From: Takakia lepidozioides
Taxonomy: Eukaryota; Plantae; Bryophyta
Assembly: GCA_030704615.1 (NCBI GenBank)
Contig: CM060734.1
Location: 19,282,001-19,346,000 of the forward strand
DNA length: 64,000 bases
Direction of reading: 5' to 3'
Part shown: piece by piece, positions 46,661 through 59,800 of the stretch
Numbering within the stretch: the stretch's first letter is position 1
Layout: each line of letters begins with the position of its first letter
The notes under the pieces: model-generated
Database searches by the model: none
The model's input: the letters and a program-made list of their open reading frames with translations, nothing else
Told to the model about the DNA's origin: nothing
Position numbers and translations under genes: made by a program

Positions 46661-47204
46661 TGAAAAGCTTGGGAGAGCTTGACCTAGCATTGTTTTGCTG
46701 TATGTGTAATAAAAGCATTAGTCCGAGGGATAGAACAAGGCCATTTTCGGCATGCCAAAATGATTGGAGCCCACTGAGCTCGTCTACTACATTGGGGTCA
46801 CAGAATGAAGTAAACATGTTCAGGTTGTGTTTGAGAATGATCATAGATTACTATATTCAAGAGTAGAACACAGACCGTTGAAAGCGGTTGACTCTTTGCA
46901 TTGCATCTTCCAAGCTTCTCCTCTGTACGTCAAATTGCCTGCGACCCATACCGTGCCTTTGGTCAGGCATACCTCTCCCCTGCGCTCTGTCTGATGTACT
47001 TCTTGGGTTGTTGTCCACCCTGTCCCAGGGGTCCTTGTGGCCATCTGTGGACGTTTTCTATGTACTAGGATCAGAGATGCGTTGCTCACATGTACACCAA
47101 ATTCCCATTCTCAAGAGACTTTCTCCAAGTTGATTCATTGTTTTTTTGTTCTGGTTGCTGGTTGTTGGGGGGGCAAACTTTTCTGTCTTGTTTTCTACTT
47201 TCCG

Positions 47205-47430
47205 TTGTCCCCTAAGCTCTTTGAGCTTCCCCTGGACGTAATAAAATTTTATTCTTTCTTTCAGAAATGAAGATCAGAAATGCGTGGCAGCTTTACCTGC
47301 ACGAGGCACTCACCCTTAGACAATCACTGGAACAATAGTTCTTATCTCTGGCTCTGGTTTTCTGTTTCCTCTCTCATGTTTTCTTTCCATTTCCGGGGAC
47401 ATTATAAAGCACCATTTCATTTCATTCTCC
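47205..47430 (+). mobile_element. LINE family B 3' fragments
   Basis: Matches 36895-37070, including AAGCTCTTTGAGCTT and CATTTCATTTC. Confidence 0.8.
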
Positions 47431-47728
47431 TGTTTTTGGGCAAGGTTTGTTCTTAAGTTGGTTTCTGTGTCCCATGGGCCTCCCGCAAACTGAACAATTT
47501 TCCTCTCCTTTTCTCTTTGGTGGGAGTCTTGGCTCTTCATTCATATCTTTCTCCCAGGAGTAAATACATAGTTAGGACCAAAAGCCTCTACCCAGAAGCA
47601 ACCCCAGAAAGAAACTAAAAACAGCTTCCTAAAAAATCTAGCTCAAGCCCACAAAAGCAGAATTGAGTTGAAGTTCAACATGTAAACATCAAGAAATTGG
47701 AACATATTTAAAGCAAATGAATTACGGG

Positions 47729-48870
47729 GGGCACTTCTCTCTTTTTCTCAGTTCATTCAGCTCCTTTGTCAGGGCGGCTTTCTCGTGCCCCTGCTTCAAC
47801 ACCTGCTTCTTAGCAATCTCCACCCTCTGTGACTCCAGTTTTTCCTGCTGTCCCCATTTCAAAAACCAGTGGTGAATATTTAAGTTCTTCTGTCTCCCCA
47901 GTCTATTAGAATGTACTCATATGAGGTTGTTTGGTGTAGCCTTGTGGCCATTGACCCTGCGCTCACTTTAAGTGGAACACAAAAGGACATAAACTACTTA
48001 TCGGGGACTGACGCAGGTAGTATGACTTACATTGGAACAGACAATTGATCCAAGTTTTCCAGATATCCTCTAGAAATCCCTTCACACAAGCATCAAGCTG
48101 CTGTCTGTGGTTTGCCCAATCACCCCCAGTCCATTAGAGGATGTCTCCAGGAAATGTACTTGTTGAGCTGGGTACAGATTTGGTGTTAATTTGTATCCCA
48201 TTGACGTGGACAGGTTGACTCTTGGGCCAGCATCTCTCTAAAGGGTCAAAATGGATCACTTACATGCAAAAGGGACAAAGAGACTACAGTATTTACCTTT
48301 GGAACAATCTCTCTGGATTTGCTGATGGCTGCCTCATCATGTGACCCTAACTCAGGCTGCAGCGAGCACTTGGTGGGTGGTTGTGATGTAAGGTTCTTCA
48401 ATCTCATCTTCATCTCAATTGTCTGTCAATATGTAAAAGAGTCAACAGTGAAAAGCTTGAAGCAATTGAAGTGTAGGGGATTCCAGGGGTAAAAAGAAAT
48501 GAAATAAAATGAAATGGTACTTTACAACATACTACATTGTCACAGTGGGCCAAGGGACTAGGAAGACATAAAGAATGAAACTTCCAGAGAATGTACTCAT
48601 TAAAACGTTGTTTGGCCTGGGCTTCAAGACAGTTTATTCAAAGGTCATCACTGGAGTGGTAGCTGACAGAGAGAACAGTGGCTGCGCTTCCCACACTGGC
48701 CGCTCCAGCCAGGTCTTACATACTGAAACATGGACAAGTTCTCATCAGTAGGGGACAAGAATGTGGACCTTGATTTCATATTCCATGGCACATTCAAGCA
48801 GCTCAAATTGGAGGTCCTCCACTTCCTTGCTATTCTGCTGCAGTGCACTGTCTGCCTCCATTTCCTTCAG
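47729..48870 (-). other. Exon-like pieces of a coiled-coil protein (gene or pseudogene fragment)
   Basis: AG/GT-bounded open segments EMEADSALQQNSKEVEDLQFELLE, TIEMKMRLKNL.. and QEKLESQRVEIAKKQ..ELNELRKRE. Confidence 0.35.
47911..48123 (-). mobile_element. LINE family A short copy
   Basis: TSD CCCCAGTC(T/C)ATTAGA at 47896-47910 and 48124-48138. Confidence 0.85.
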
Positions 48871-48943
48871 GTGAAAAGAAATTATAATCAGTTTCTTTCT
48901 TTACTTCTTGCAGTCTTATTTGTGAAGACTGGTTCTAGGTTCC

Positions 48944-48998
48944 TTACCAAAGTAAATTATCTTTACCAAAGTAAATTATCTTAGCCAAAGTAAATTAT
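48944..48998 (+). repeat. Three tandem copies of ~19-bp TTACCAAAGTAAATTATC
   Basis: Direct reading. Confidence 0.8.
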
Positions 48999-50430
48999 GG
49001 GGTAGACTATGATGCCAAGAATCAATTTCAGAAATTGCTGAGAGGTAGGTACATTGCATGCCATAAGCAGTGAGATAGAAAGCATTCAGGAATTTGCATG
49101 CAATGACAGAAATGAAATGAAATGGTGCAATGACAGAGAAACAATCGTTTTCTTGCAAGAAAATAATAGAGATGAAGGAAAACAGAAGTCTATTGCAGGA
49201 CGTGGCTGTTTTTTTCTAGTTCCTCTCAACAATATCAACGATTTCTTCACAAACCATGGAATGGAGACAACCTTAAAGATGGATGAGTCAGTAAGGGGTT
49301 GCGTGAGTGTGTGGTTTTCTAGAGAGAGGACAGGAGAAGTAGTGAAGAATTTGAAAGGGTGCCAGGTTAGGAAGGGGCCTATCTTAAATTAGGGAGGCAC
49401 CTAAAAAAGCGGAGGTCACAAAAGTTTGTGGGGAAACCAAAGGTCAGGACGTCAGGACCCTACCCTGACCTTTGTATATCCAGTTGATGCATGCCATGAT
49501 GTACCATACAATTGAAGAACACATCGCAGACACAAGCATCCGTCCCTATTTCGATTTTGCTGAAGGCTGCATATGCCCAAGAACGTACATCCCCTCTCTG
49601 CCGAGCTCTCCAGACGAGCTCTCCAGACGATTCTCCCTAGTTAATCAGTAGGCTAGCAGTCACGCTTCCTTGTCATTCGTTATTCATATAGAACGTATGG
49701 TTTTTTTATTTTATTGCACAGCGCAATCATTGCAGGGATTGGAGGTCCGGCCGTCTATGGACGCCCACCCTGCCCCCTTAGGCCCTTACTTAGGCCTTGT
49801 CATTGCCTTCGGCAGTCTCTCTTCTGTTGATCTCGGGCTCGTCCCGCATCCCATGGATGTGTACCATGCCTTATGGCATCATTGGGGTTATTTTTTCCCC
49901 TCACTAAAGATTTTAAACGGCCTATGCCTTTAAGAGAAAAAAAAGAAGGATGAAGAAAAAAGATAGAGAACACAGTGCGATGATACTGAGAACTCCCAAA
50001 GAAAAGACGACAGGCTCAGCTCGACAGCTGGAGACGTAATGAAAGAGGGGCAAAGCGACGGTGCATTGATTTTGTGGCGGCTCCCCAATCCAGGAACACT
50101 AGGTATACTTGCTTACTCAACAGTTTGAGGAATCCAAAACAGATAGGCCCCATCTCAACAATTTAATCATCCACAATGTACCAAGCTCTTTATTACAAAA
50201 CTGCATAAAAACTGAACGTGCAGCCTGAGAAAGGCTCAGATCCATGAAACCTGAGTGACCGTAGAGAAAGTGAGCTACCACCTCAAAAACTTTCAAAGTT
50301 TTCCAGGGTAGAAGTTGGCTGCCTTATGGCCTCTTACCAGGTTATGTTTTACTTTGACTCACGTAAAAACTGCATTGTAGACCGTGTGAAAAGAAAACTA
50401 CCTGCCTATCTGCCCGTAATCTGAGATTAC

Positions 50431-50520
50431 GGGCCCCAGCCCATGGGCTCCACGGCGTAACAGGACAAGCGGGGATTTTATGCTATTTACAGCCCGCCAA
50501 AACTACACTCGCTAGGGTTT
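50431..50520 (+). promoter_or_regulatory. Putative proliferation-type promoter: site II-like motifs, E2F site, telo-box
   Basis: AGCCCA/TGGGCT near 50438-50448; CCGCCAAA (TTTGGCGG reversed) 50494-50501; TAGGGTTT 50513-50520; about 200 bp upstream of the B3 ATG. Confidence 0.45.
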
Positions 50521-50703
50521 AGCGCTCCTCTCACGCATCAGCTGGTCTGTCTGCGCCGCCTACCTTTGCATCGGTACTGTGCTTAGCGGCGTGAGCAATA
50601 TCAGACTTACTACTTGATTCTACTCGTGTCAGTGCGCAAGGAGGGCAAGAAGTGCTGATAGTTCAAGCTACCTCATAGTCTTGCTCAGCAGAGCTTCTCG
50701 AGA

Positions 50704-52101
50704 ATGGGACCAAATGCAAACTCGTCATCATATGAGGACGTTCGCCGGAAGAGAATCGAAGAAAACAAGAAACGTATGCTAGAGCTTGGCTTCAAGGAAC
50801 TGTCCAAGAGCTTGAACAAGTCATCCTGTCCATCCAGTGCAACAGTTGTGCGGTCATGTAAGAAAAGATGCCTCTCCCTTCAGGAGCTAGGCATGGAGCA
50901 GAGGCGGTCTTCTCGAGTGGCTGCCAAGCCAGTTGTGGATTACAAAGACCATTTTGAGATTTCTTGGCTGCGGGCAAGGTGTGGGTCCAGGGGAGACAAA
51001 CAAAGTCTCCCTCGCCGGTACTTCTCTGATAAGGCTCGCATGGCAGCCATTGAAGCTGCTGAAGAAATCACCAAAGGCTTAGAGAATCCCTGCATCCTCA
51101 AACCAATGCTGCACTCCCATACAGCGAGTGGGTTTTGGCTCGGGCTGCCGGCCGCCTTCTGCAAGGTGCACCTGCCATTACAAGATGGCCGAATTATGCT
51201 GCAGGATGAGCAAGATAAGGAATGGGAGACGATCTATCTAGCGAAAAAGGTGGGGCTGAGTGGGGGATGGCGAGGCTTCTCGCTGGACCATAACTTGGTA
51301 AATGGAGACGCATGCGTGTTTGAGCTCGTTTCTAGGACTAGATTCAAGATCCACATTGTAAGGGCCTCTGAGCAGGACCCAGCATCCCAGGATGCAGATG
51401 AAGCACCGACGGAAGGGGGAACATTGACGGCAGAGAAGAAAGAGACTAAACGTCCCACTAAGAAGTCAACTGCATCGTATCCAGCCAGAGAGAAAGTGGA
51501 AAAGAGCTCGAGCGGGAAAAAATCAATGACGCCTGTATCCAGGAAACTTCGTAAAACAATCAAAGAGGAGATGAACCAAGAAGATGCAGCTGTTCTTGAT
51601 GTGGGTCTGTGCAATAGAGTCAAACAAGGTGCCAAAGAGGACACAGCATTGAAGGTCGTTGAGGCAGCACGGTCTGGCAAACGCAAGAGACAAGTCAAAG
51701 AGGATGAGGTTGTGGTTCTCGAGCACAATGATGAGGAAGGTTCACTGCCTCCTCAGAAGGCCAAGACAAAAGGAGAAAAGACTCGCAGCAAGAAAAGAGA
51801 GGTCGCTGACGTAAATGAGGTGATTGAACTAGAATCTGATGAGGACGACGTTGGGCAGTCAGCAGCAGCACTTCAAAGCTTTAAAGAGACCAGGGGTTCT
51901 TGCCGGACATCACGGAGAGAACCGTCAGGGGGAGAAAGCAAACCATCAGGAAGGGTTTCTAAACCATTGGAGAAGACCGGTAAACCAGCACGTAGGATCA
52001 GTAACTCATCAGGGAGGACCAGTAAGCCAGCTGCAAAATGGCTTGGTGTGAGGCAAGCTAGAAGGCCCCGTTTGTTAGGAAATGCTCCAGTGAGGAACTG
52101 A
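50704..52101 (+). CDS. B3-domain protein (REM-type), intronless
   Basis: YEDVRRKRIEENKKRM N-terminus; KPMLHSH..GFWLGLP..GLSGGWRGFSLDHNLVNGDACVFEL B3 core. Confidence 0.92.
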   Translation: MGPNANSSSYEDVRRKRIEENKKRMLELGFKELSKSLNKSSCPSSATVVRSCKKRCLSLQELGMEQRRSSRVAAKPVVDYKDHFEISWLRARCGSRGDKQSLPRRYFSDKARMAAIEAAEEITKGLENPCILKPMLHSHTASGFWLGLPAAFCKVHLPLQDGRIMLQDEQDKEWETIYLAKKVGLSGGWRGFSLDHNLVNGDACVFELVSRTRFKIHIVRASEQDPASQDADEAPTEGGTLTAEKKETKRPTKKSTASYPAREKVEKSSSGKKSMTPVSRKLRKTIKEEMNQEDAAVLDVGLCNRVKQGAKEDTALKVVEAARSGKRKRQVKEDEVVVLEHNDEEGSLPPQKAKTKGEKTRSKKREVADVNEVIELESDEDDVGQSAAALQSFKETRGSCRTSRREPSGGESKPSGRVSKPLEKTGKPARRISNSSGRTSKPAAKWLGVRQARRPRLLGNAPVRN

Positions 52102-53129
52102 CTGTAGCAAAATGTGCATCCGAAGTAGAAGTGAAGGTGAGTAGATTGACAAATGGATCGGGAATCCAAGGACCAGCTCTCAACATTGTGAGTTGATCAC
52201 GTGTAGTTTTGCGGGGAGAGGGCAAAACCTGTGCCCAGATCGCTGTGGTATGGATCAGATCTTTATGCAATTCAACGGTCGTATCAAAGCGAATCAATGT
52301 GGTAAGGATTAGAAAAGAGAGAGAGGGACAGAGAGTGCCTAGCAGAACCTTAGAACACTGCCTGCATGTGTTGGTGAGATTCTCTTTAAGTCCATCTTTT
52401 TATTTAGAAAATTTCCTCCAGCCCCTCAATATTGCAATGCCAAAAAGCAACTGCAGGAGAAAGGCCTCTCGTTCTTGGCCATTGCAGTAGGACCCAATCC
52501 CCTTATAACTTTGCTTTCTAGGTTTTTTGGATGTTTCTTGCGTGTTTCACCCTTTGCTGTGATGTGTAAGTTGTCATTTTATACTGCGGGCTGAACCACA
52601 CTATCAGCAGCTCACATATTGTCACTGGCTTGGGGGGGTCTGGTTTCAAAACTTGCCAGATAGACCAAAAGCTCTTGGTATGTCACTCTTTGTAAATGTC
52701 CTATACCCACATACCCACATCGAAAGGAACTAACGATTTCAGGTCCGGCCAAAATGGTCTAGCTATGAGGGAATGTGAGGTTCTAACAAATAATTAAAGA
52801 CATCAAATTAAAGTTTGAAAGTGTTCAAGCAATCTGAGTTGCAATGACCTTCCTAGTCAATTGCAAGATTTAAAATGTATACTTAAAAGAAAGTGATTGC
52901 AGTTTGTCTGCTGCCACAATGAAGCGTTCTTTGGACACATCTCCTGCAAAATTCTAGTTTACCTCAAATCTATGACACGTCCAAGGTCTTATGAAATTAA
53001 CTTCATATTAACTTAATAGCTAAGAGATAGTTTCTCTTTCGCAGGGATGTATATCTCTCTGCCTTCCAGCCCCCAAACCTCTCAACAAACATTCTATCTC
53101 GCACTCTAGAATTTCGAACAAGAAGCTGT

Positions 53130-53450
53130 CTCTTTCTCTTGACACTTTTACTCAACTCACCAAACTTCAAAGATGCAGATCCGGCAGCGATGAGCTTCAC
53201 ATGATCACACACGCCTGATCAACTTTCTCAAAACTGTGCGATGACTACATATATGAATATTTCTGGTATGCTCCAGCTGGAAACGTATGAACAGTCAGAC
53301 CACACACTTCTTGCCCTCACACTCCACAGTTAGACCGACGGCGTCAAGAACAGCCTCGGCTATCATCTTTCTAGCTCTAACAGCCCTTACACAGATCCTT
53401 CATCTTTCTCTCTGGGTGGCCACGATTGGTTTCAGAATGTCATCTAACGG
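53130..53450 (+). mobile_element. Highly decayed Ty1/Copia integrase fragment
   Basis: Frameshifted KTVR.D...EY, TSCPHTPQ and LHLSLW, resembling the Copia integrase core. Confidence 0.35.
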
Positions 53451-53837
53451 TTCAACGCTGATGATGCAGTCAATTACTCAAAGCATTTTCAGAGTGTTTC
53501 AATTACATATTAGTATCAGCAGTTATCACTTGTTGGTAAACGGCTGAAGCAATTTGCACTTCCAATTCAAATGAAGTGATCAGTGCCACATCTTGATGAT
53601 AACAAAATGAGAGTGTCAAAGAGCCGGGAATTGTTCTTTGCATATCTCATATGCCTTATTCCAGCGGAGATCGAAGTAAGAAAAGGTCACCATTGCATGA
53701 CAACATTGCAGTAACTCTCACTCCCCCATCGAAAAACTAATGGGTTTAGGGTCAAATTAGTAATAATAGTAGAACTAAACTCCGCATCTTGCGATGTAGA
53801 GGACAAGTTTTAAGATGGACATTTGCCTCCTGAGTTA

Positions 53838-56800
53838 CTACATCTGTGGCCTCGTTTGTACAATGTACAGTTCGCCATCCTTGATCACACCCTCAATGTC
53901 CTGGGCTGATCCCAAGAGCTGTTCCACAGCATAGCCTGCGTCAGCAATCTTCGTTAAGATTGTTTTTTGGAAATTCTCGTCCAGGATCAATTGGTCTGAC
54001 GAATAGTCCACAACCCTTTCGTCCTCCACATCCATGGGAACACTGCCAGCAAATTCATGCCAAGATGTAAACTTTGTGGATATGCAGGAGAGACCAAAAT
54101 TTGCTCTTCCTATACCATCACATTGGCAGAAGCATTTACTGGATCTATCCTTTGACAAACTGGGAAACTCAACGAAGGGAGGTGGAGTAACAATCCTTGA
54201 ACATGCAAAGAGGAGACGTCATTTAGAGAATACTCACTTGACTGCATCGAAAATAGGCAGTTATCCTCACCATCATAGCCACCAAATTGGAGACAAATAT
54301 TCTTTTATTCCCAGCTGGGAGGATGCACTTTGTTGACGAAAAAAGCAGGAAAATAGAACAAAACTCAGAATAAAGAGAAAGGCAACGGACAGATAAACAG
54401 TTCAAAAAAGCACCTGTCATAGAGCCCAGCACCGGCGTATCCCTCTAGGTCCTCCCCGTTCGAATCCGACCTGAAGATGACCGATTGCTTGATAAACAAG
54501 CCTACTCGCTTACTGGGAAACCCCAACACCTGCATTCACAAAGTCATCTCATCAATTGCCCCCTACTGTTGCAATACAAGAGAAAACCAATTTCCTTTGG
54601 ATGTGTAGTTATAGACATCTGGTAGATGTACAAACCGTTATAATGTGTCAAATGTTACAGAAACAATTATGACCAGTGATCAAGCCTCTGTTCTTCTCAT
54701 GAGATGGATTGAAGCAGAGTATCAATGCATCTTGTGAACATAAGTAATATCATATTTTGACCACTGTCCTTCAACATGTAACTGAAATTCTTTCTACTTT
54801 GTACTCTCTTGTAGTAATCATTGGTTTGAGCTACCATAGAACCATAGCCCCTTGTAACCACCCATAGTACCATTTCATTCCATTTCATTTCATATTTTGT
54901 TCTCATGAGGCTCACTACTCTCTACCTTGGATTGTTGGGCTGCTTGATGGGGCCCACCTATATTTCCTTTGTCACAGTGGCTGTTATAAAATTCTTTTCT
55001 TTATTTTTTTTCAGGAAACAATGCCTCACTGTTCTCAAAGATCACAGAGGTCACAAGCCCGTCCACTCACCTTTGGTGACTTGAGATTTAACTTTTTGGC
55101 AACAAAGCTGAGTGCACGTCCTGAGTAAGCTCCCACCAGTGTCTCTCCCAACCCTTTCACCACCTGTCCAGTAAAAGAAAATGTGGGATTAGATTCAAAA
55201 GACCAAACAATCCTTCGTCATTCGTATGCTCTCATTGAGTTACCTGCTGTGCTCATCCCCTCTCTCACACACATTCTCTATAGATTCTATCAAGGTAAGT
55301 CATACTACCAGAGTGAGCCCCTCACAGAGGTAGTTTCTGGTCCCTTTCATTCCGCCCAAACTGGGTGTGCAGGGTCAATGGCTACAAGGCTATGGCAAAC
55401 AAAGTCTTATGAGTACATCTCTATAGATTCTCTATAGCTTTGTCAGAAAATACAAGCCAATGCAGTATTGCAGGCAGAGCAGATTGTATACCTCTGCGTA
55501 AATTTCAGTGTCATCTCCTGTTGCTGGATTAATGGTATGAATGACAAAAGCATAATCAGCTCGGATAATTTCTTGAACCAAGACAGCCATGCACAGATCA
55601 CTGTGGTCTATCTTTGCCTTGCGGGTACTGAAATAGGCCCTCTCATTCCATTTTGAGGCCCACACCTGACGAAAAGGTCAGAGAGACAAAACAAATATGA
55701 GAATATACTTCTTCAGCAATATATGCTCATATTCATGGCACAGCCCATTGGATGTGAACTAACTCCAAGAAGAAAACCTGCGAATTAAAACCTACAAAAC
55801 CCCTGCCTTTGCTTGGTGAGCATGTCGAATAACAATCAAGCGCCAATGGACTGTACTCAAGCATTGCAGTGGAACTTGGAAATCTAGCAAGAATATCAAC
55901 GGAGAGATCTAGTCCGTCCGAGGGAAACAGGAACTACCTGTGAGACACCTGGGCTAGGTGCAAAAGGGAAAAAAGTAAATATATTGTTGCCAACTTACTC
56001 GCTTGATAGCTGTCCAGGCTTGCTCCCATCTCTTCTCACCTTCCTCTCCAGGCCATGGCATACCCGAGCCTTTCATAGTACTCTTTAAGTCACTAACCTG
56101 CAAACACACCACTCCACCCCTCAGAAGTATGATTCAGGTGCCTACGGGAGAATAAATCTCTAATACCAATCCTTGGTCAATAGAGGAATCAGAGGATCAT
56201 CTCTCCACATCCTTCCCTCCCTCTTTCGTATGCAGTTCTATTCTACATGACAGACTAGCAATCCTTCATAGAAGTCCACAGTAAATGGCTGACACTAACT
56301 GGATGCCAGTAATTATCACTTGATAATGCAAGTGTGCACAGTAAGACATCTGTGTACCAATTGTGAAGGAGCTTGAAGACCCAACACAGCCTTGCGCGCG
56401 TCCTTCAGTTTGCTGAAGTCACCGTCATGTAGAACTTTACTTAGTGCTGCGATCTCTGAGGCCACATTCTGCAACATATTTTGTTGTTATATGACACATG
56501 TAGCAACAGCAATTAACAATCACAAAATACAAAATGTTTTTCAGTACACTGCACATGTATGCGTGCATGCATGTCATGGCTAGGTTAGGTCAGTCTTATC
56601 ATTTACTGATGGTGAAGCCACAAGTCAGTGTAAGCAAAGAGAAATTCCCTTTCCACCCAAACAGAAGTCAAGAATCAAGACCTCCAGATACTGCCTTATG
56701 GGATGGTCAGACATCATAGCACAGGGTTGATGTGGCCAGGAAAGTATCATGGCAGCTACCTCTGCAGATACAGAGCTTAGCAGGCCACACCACATTGCTC

Positions 56801-59800
56801 AGTACTTACCAGGGGTAAATGACCCCTGCTATGGGCATGTTGAACCCTACAATGTGCCCTCCCATAAGGAGCTAAGTGCACTTGACGTTACAGCTAGGCT
56901 TTGCTGGTACGATCCCTCCTACAATTGAATATCCACTAAAGTAAATCATAAGTACCCTGCTGACATGGCAGTTAAGTCAAGTTAGTAGTGTCTTCCTTGA
57001 AGTGAGCTACCACCGTGTATGGATGGATCAAGTTATACGTCCCTGTGTAGATGGATCTCCCAACTCACCTTATTAATTCCCTCTGATAGCACCTTCTCAA
57101 AAACTCCAAATGGCAGAGCCACTGATGTTGGCAGGTGTATCCATGATGGCAATTTCCCCCTCAAGTTTGCAATATTGCGAGACTTAGCACCCACCTGGAA
57201 GACAACAAGGTCACATTGTCACAATAGTTTTCACTACCCCTCCCTGGGAGCCCTTCATTTAAGACTCCTGCTCTCACTGTCAGCTACCACCTACAGAAGT
57301 ATGGGCAATCTGTACTTATACATCCCTACATATACAGGATTTCAACCATTCCCACATTCAATGATCAAACAAGAGCAGGAAAAATCAGAAACACTGACTG
57401 TCAGAATCCTCTCTTCAGCAAATTACTAGCTACAGCTTTTCAGAAACCCATAGTCTTCTGGCCACAAGATACAGGACAGTGACAATAGGGTTTGTTGACA
57501 GACCAGATCTGGTGTGAATTCGTCCGCTGACACAGCATATTTCCCAGCAAACTTCTTCTTCTTCAAAATGATCCCTGGAGGGGGCCCACTTTCTTCTAGC
57601 GCGCCCCCCTCATTCAATACTTCAGCCTCAGTAATGTCACTGCAAGTGATGGATGACAAGCGAAGCTGTCAACACACAACTTGCTTTACCATTCTCTGAG
57701 AATGTTCTATGATGTTGTGAAAGTAGAAAGTTGTGTAACCAGCCAAACATGGGCACTCTCACTGTAGCCATGAGGAATCCCAATCGCAGGGGGATGTGCA
57801 TGCAAGAAACAAAATTACAACAAAATACAATATCTGCCTTGTTGTGTCTAGCAAAATCCCTACTCTGTTTTGAGCTGACTTTGAGCTGAAGAGTAAGTAA
57901 GTGTTCGACCTTCACTGACAAAATACTTGGAGCTACACTAACCTGTAACTCAGGTCAGCATTAGCTGTAATTTGAAGTGCAACCGCCCTCTTATCTTTAC
58001 TTCGTAGATCACTCAGCACATCTGGATCAAAACATGTTGCAAAACAAATCTGCAGTTCCCACCCAAACATTCAAAGATGGCCAAAGTCTGTAGGTGACTC
58101 TTCCTCTGCAAAGTGACTTTCCAGCAACAACAGTTTTACAATTTCTTACTGCATGGATGCTTAATTAAAATGGAACCTCACCTTGCCATTGCGAGCACGA
58201 ACTGAAACGTGGGATAATACATCAGGCATGTCGGGTGTCAAAACAGCTACTGCACCATCCGGAATCTCTTCCTCTCCCTTCACTCGCCCAGACACCAGGA
58301 TTGTGGGCCTCTTGAAAACTTTGTCCTGTACATGCTCCAGTTCATCCACAACCTCCACAAAGCCAACCACATCGACAGGGCTAATTACCTGCCAACTGCA
58401 AACCCCAACAACATGCAAGTTTCCCATTCTCAGACACCGAGCCAAGTGCAAAAGAAATGAAATGAAATGGTGCTCTATAAACGTCCACGGAAAGCTCAGA
58501 AGCAAAAGAGAAAGTAAAAGAAAACAACCTCATGAGAAGCTCAAACATCTTATGGTACAAGGAAAGAAGGAAACTATATAGCATCCAAAGTGAAGACCCA
58601 AAGGAGTATGGGGCAAACTTAAATAAAGTAAGGTAGGAACTTTAATACCGTCCAATGGGGGATGTCGAGAGCCCACTGGAAAAAGTAGAGCAAGAAAGAA
58701 AGAGACTTCACACCATTGACAGGAAGCTCAAAGAGCTTATGGCACAAAATGAAATGAAATGGTACTTAAATTACGTCCGCGGAAAGCTCAAAGAGGTTAT
58801 GGGACAATGAAAAAAACATGAGAGAGGAAACAAAACCAGAGCCAGAAAACAGCCCAAAAGAAAACAGGCAAAAAGAAACATAGTAGGGCCCTCTTCACAA
58901 TTCAGAAAAGATATTCTCTACAAAGGACTCCCTCAAGCAGACATGCCACCAGGCATTGATCCTCATAATGAAACATCAATGAGAGATTGGCCCCAGAGCA
59001 GGAGCAGTAACGGCCCCGGATTTCTTTGCAGAGTAGAGATTAGAGAGAGAAAAGACAGCCTGGGCATGGGAGTGTCGGAGAAATAGTAGGAGGGAGAGAA
59101 AATAATGTGATGTATCCAAACAGACAGGATTTTGCTCCAAAACCAGTTTTCTAGGTCTGACATTTTGGCAAACTAGAACTGAAATGAAATGAAATGAAAT
59201 GGAACTTTATAAAGAAATACATAACCAAAAGAAACAAAGAAGATGGTAAGCTGACCACTAACCTGCCCATGTGAGCCTCCTTCCGAAGTACTGGGTCAAG
59301 TCGATTTAAGAGCTGTGACAGCGATGCTGCTGACCCTGCCCTTATCATTTCCTCGGTGAAAATATCAATCTGCAATACCAGAATCCACCCATCACCACGA
59401 TCGCTAAGTTAACTTCATGCATGAACACATGTTTCAGCCTCATGACACTCATCCGATTTCTGGATGGGTGGTGTGGGGGCCAAAGTGACAGGGCGAGATG
59501 TGACACAGTAGGAAGGATTCTCCACTGTTTCAATAAAACCTTGTTGGACCAAAAGGTGCTCCTTAAATCAAGAAGGTGAATAGAAGCACAAAATAAGCAA
59601 ATGCAGAGTGATCATGTTGTGGAACTCACAGCCCACTGTTCGACTTCCAGCAGTCCTCCAAGATACTCAGCAGTTGGTTGCAGGATCTTTTGATAATACT
59701 CAGCTTTGTCAGCCAATGCTAGGCGTGTACGATCAAGCACTGCTTTTGCTCGCAGGGCCCATTGATCAGTTTTTTTAGTGATATATTCAGTTGTGTGGTA

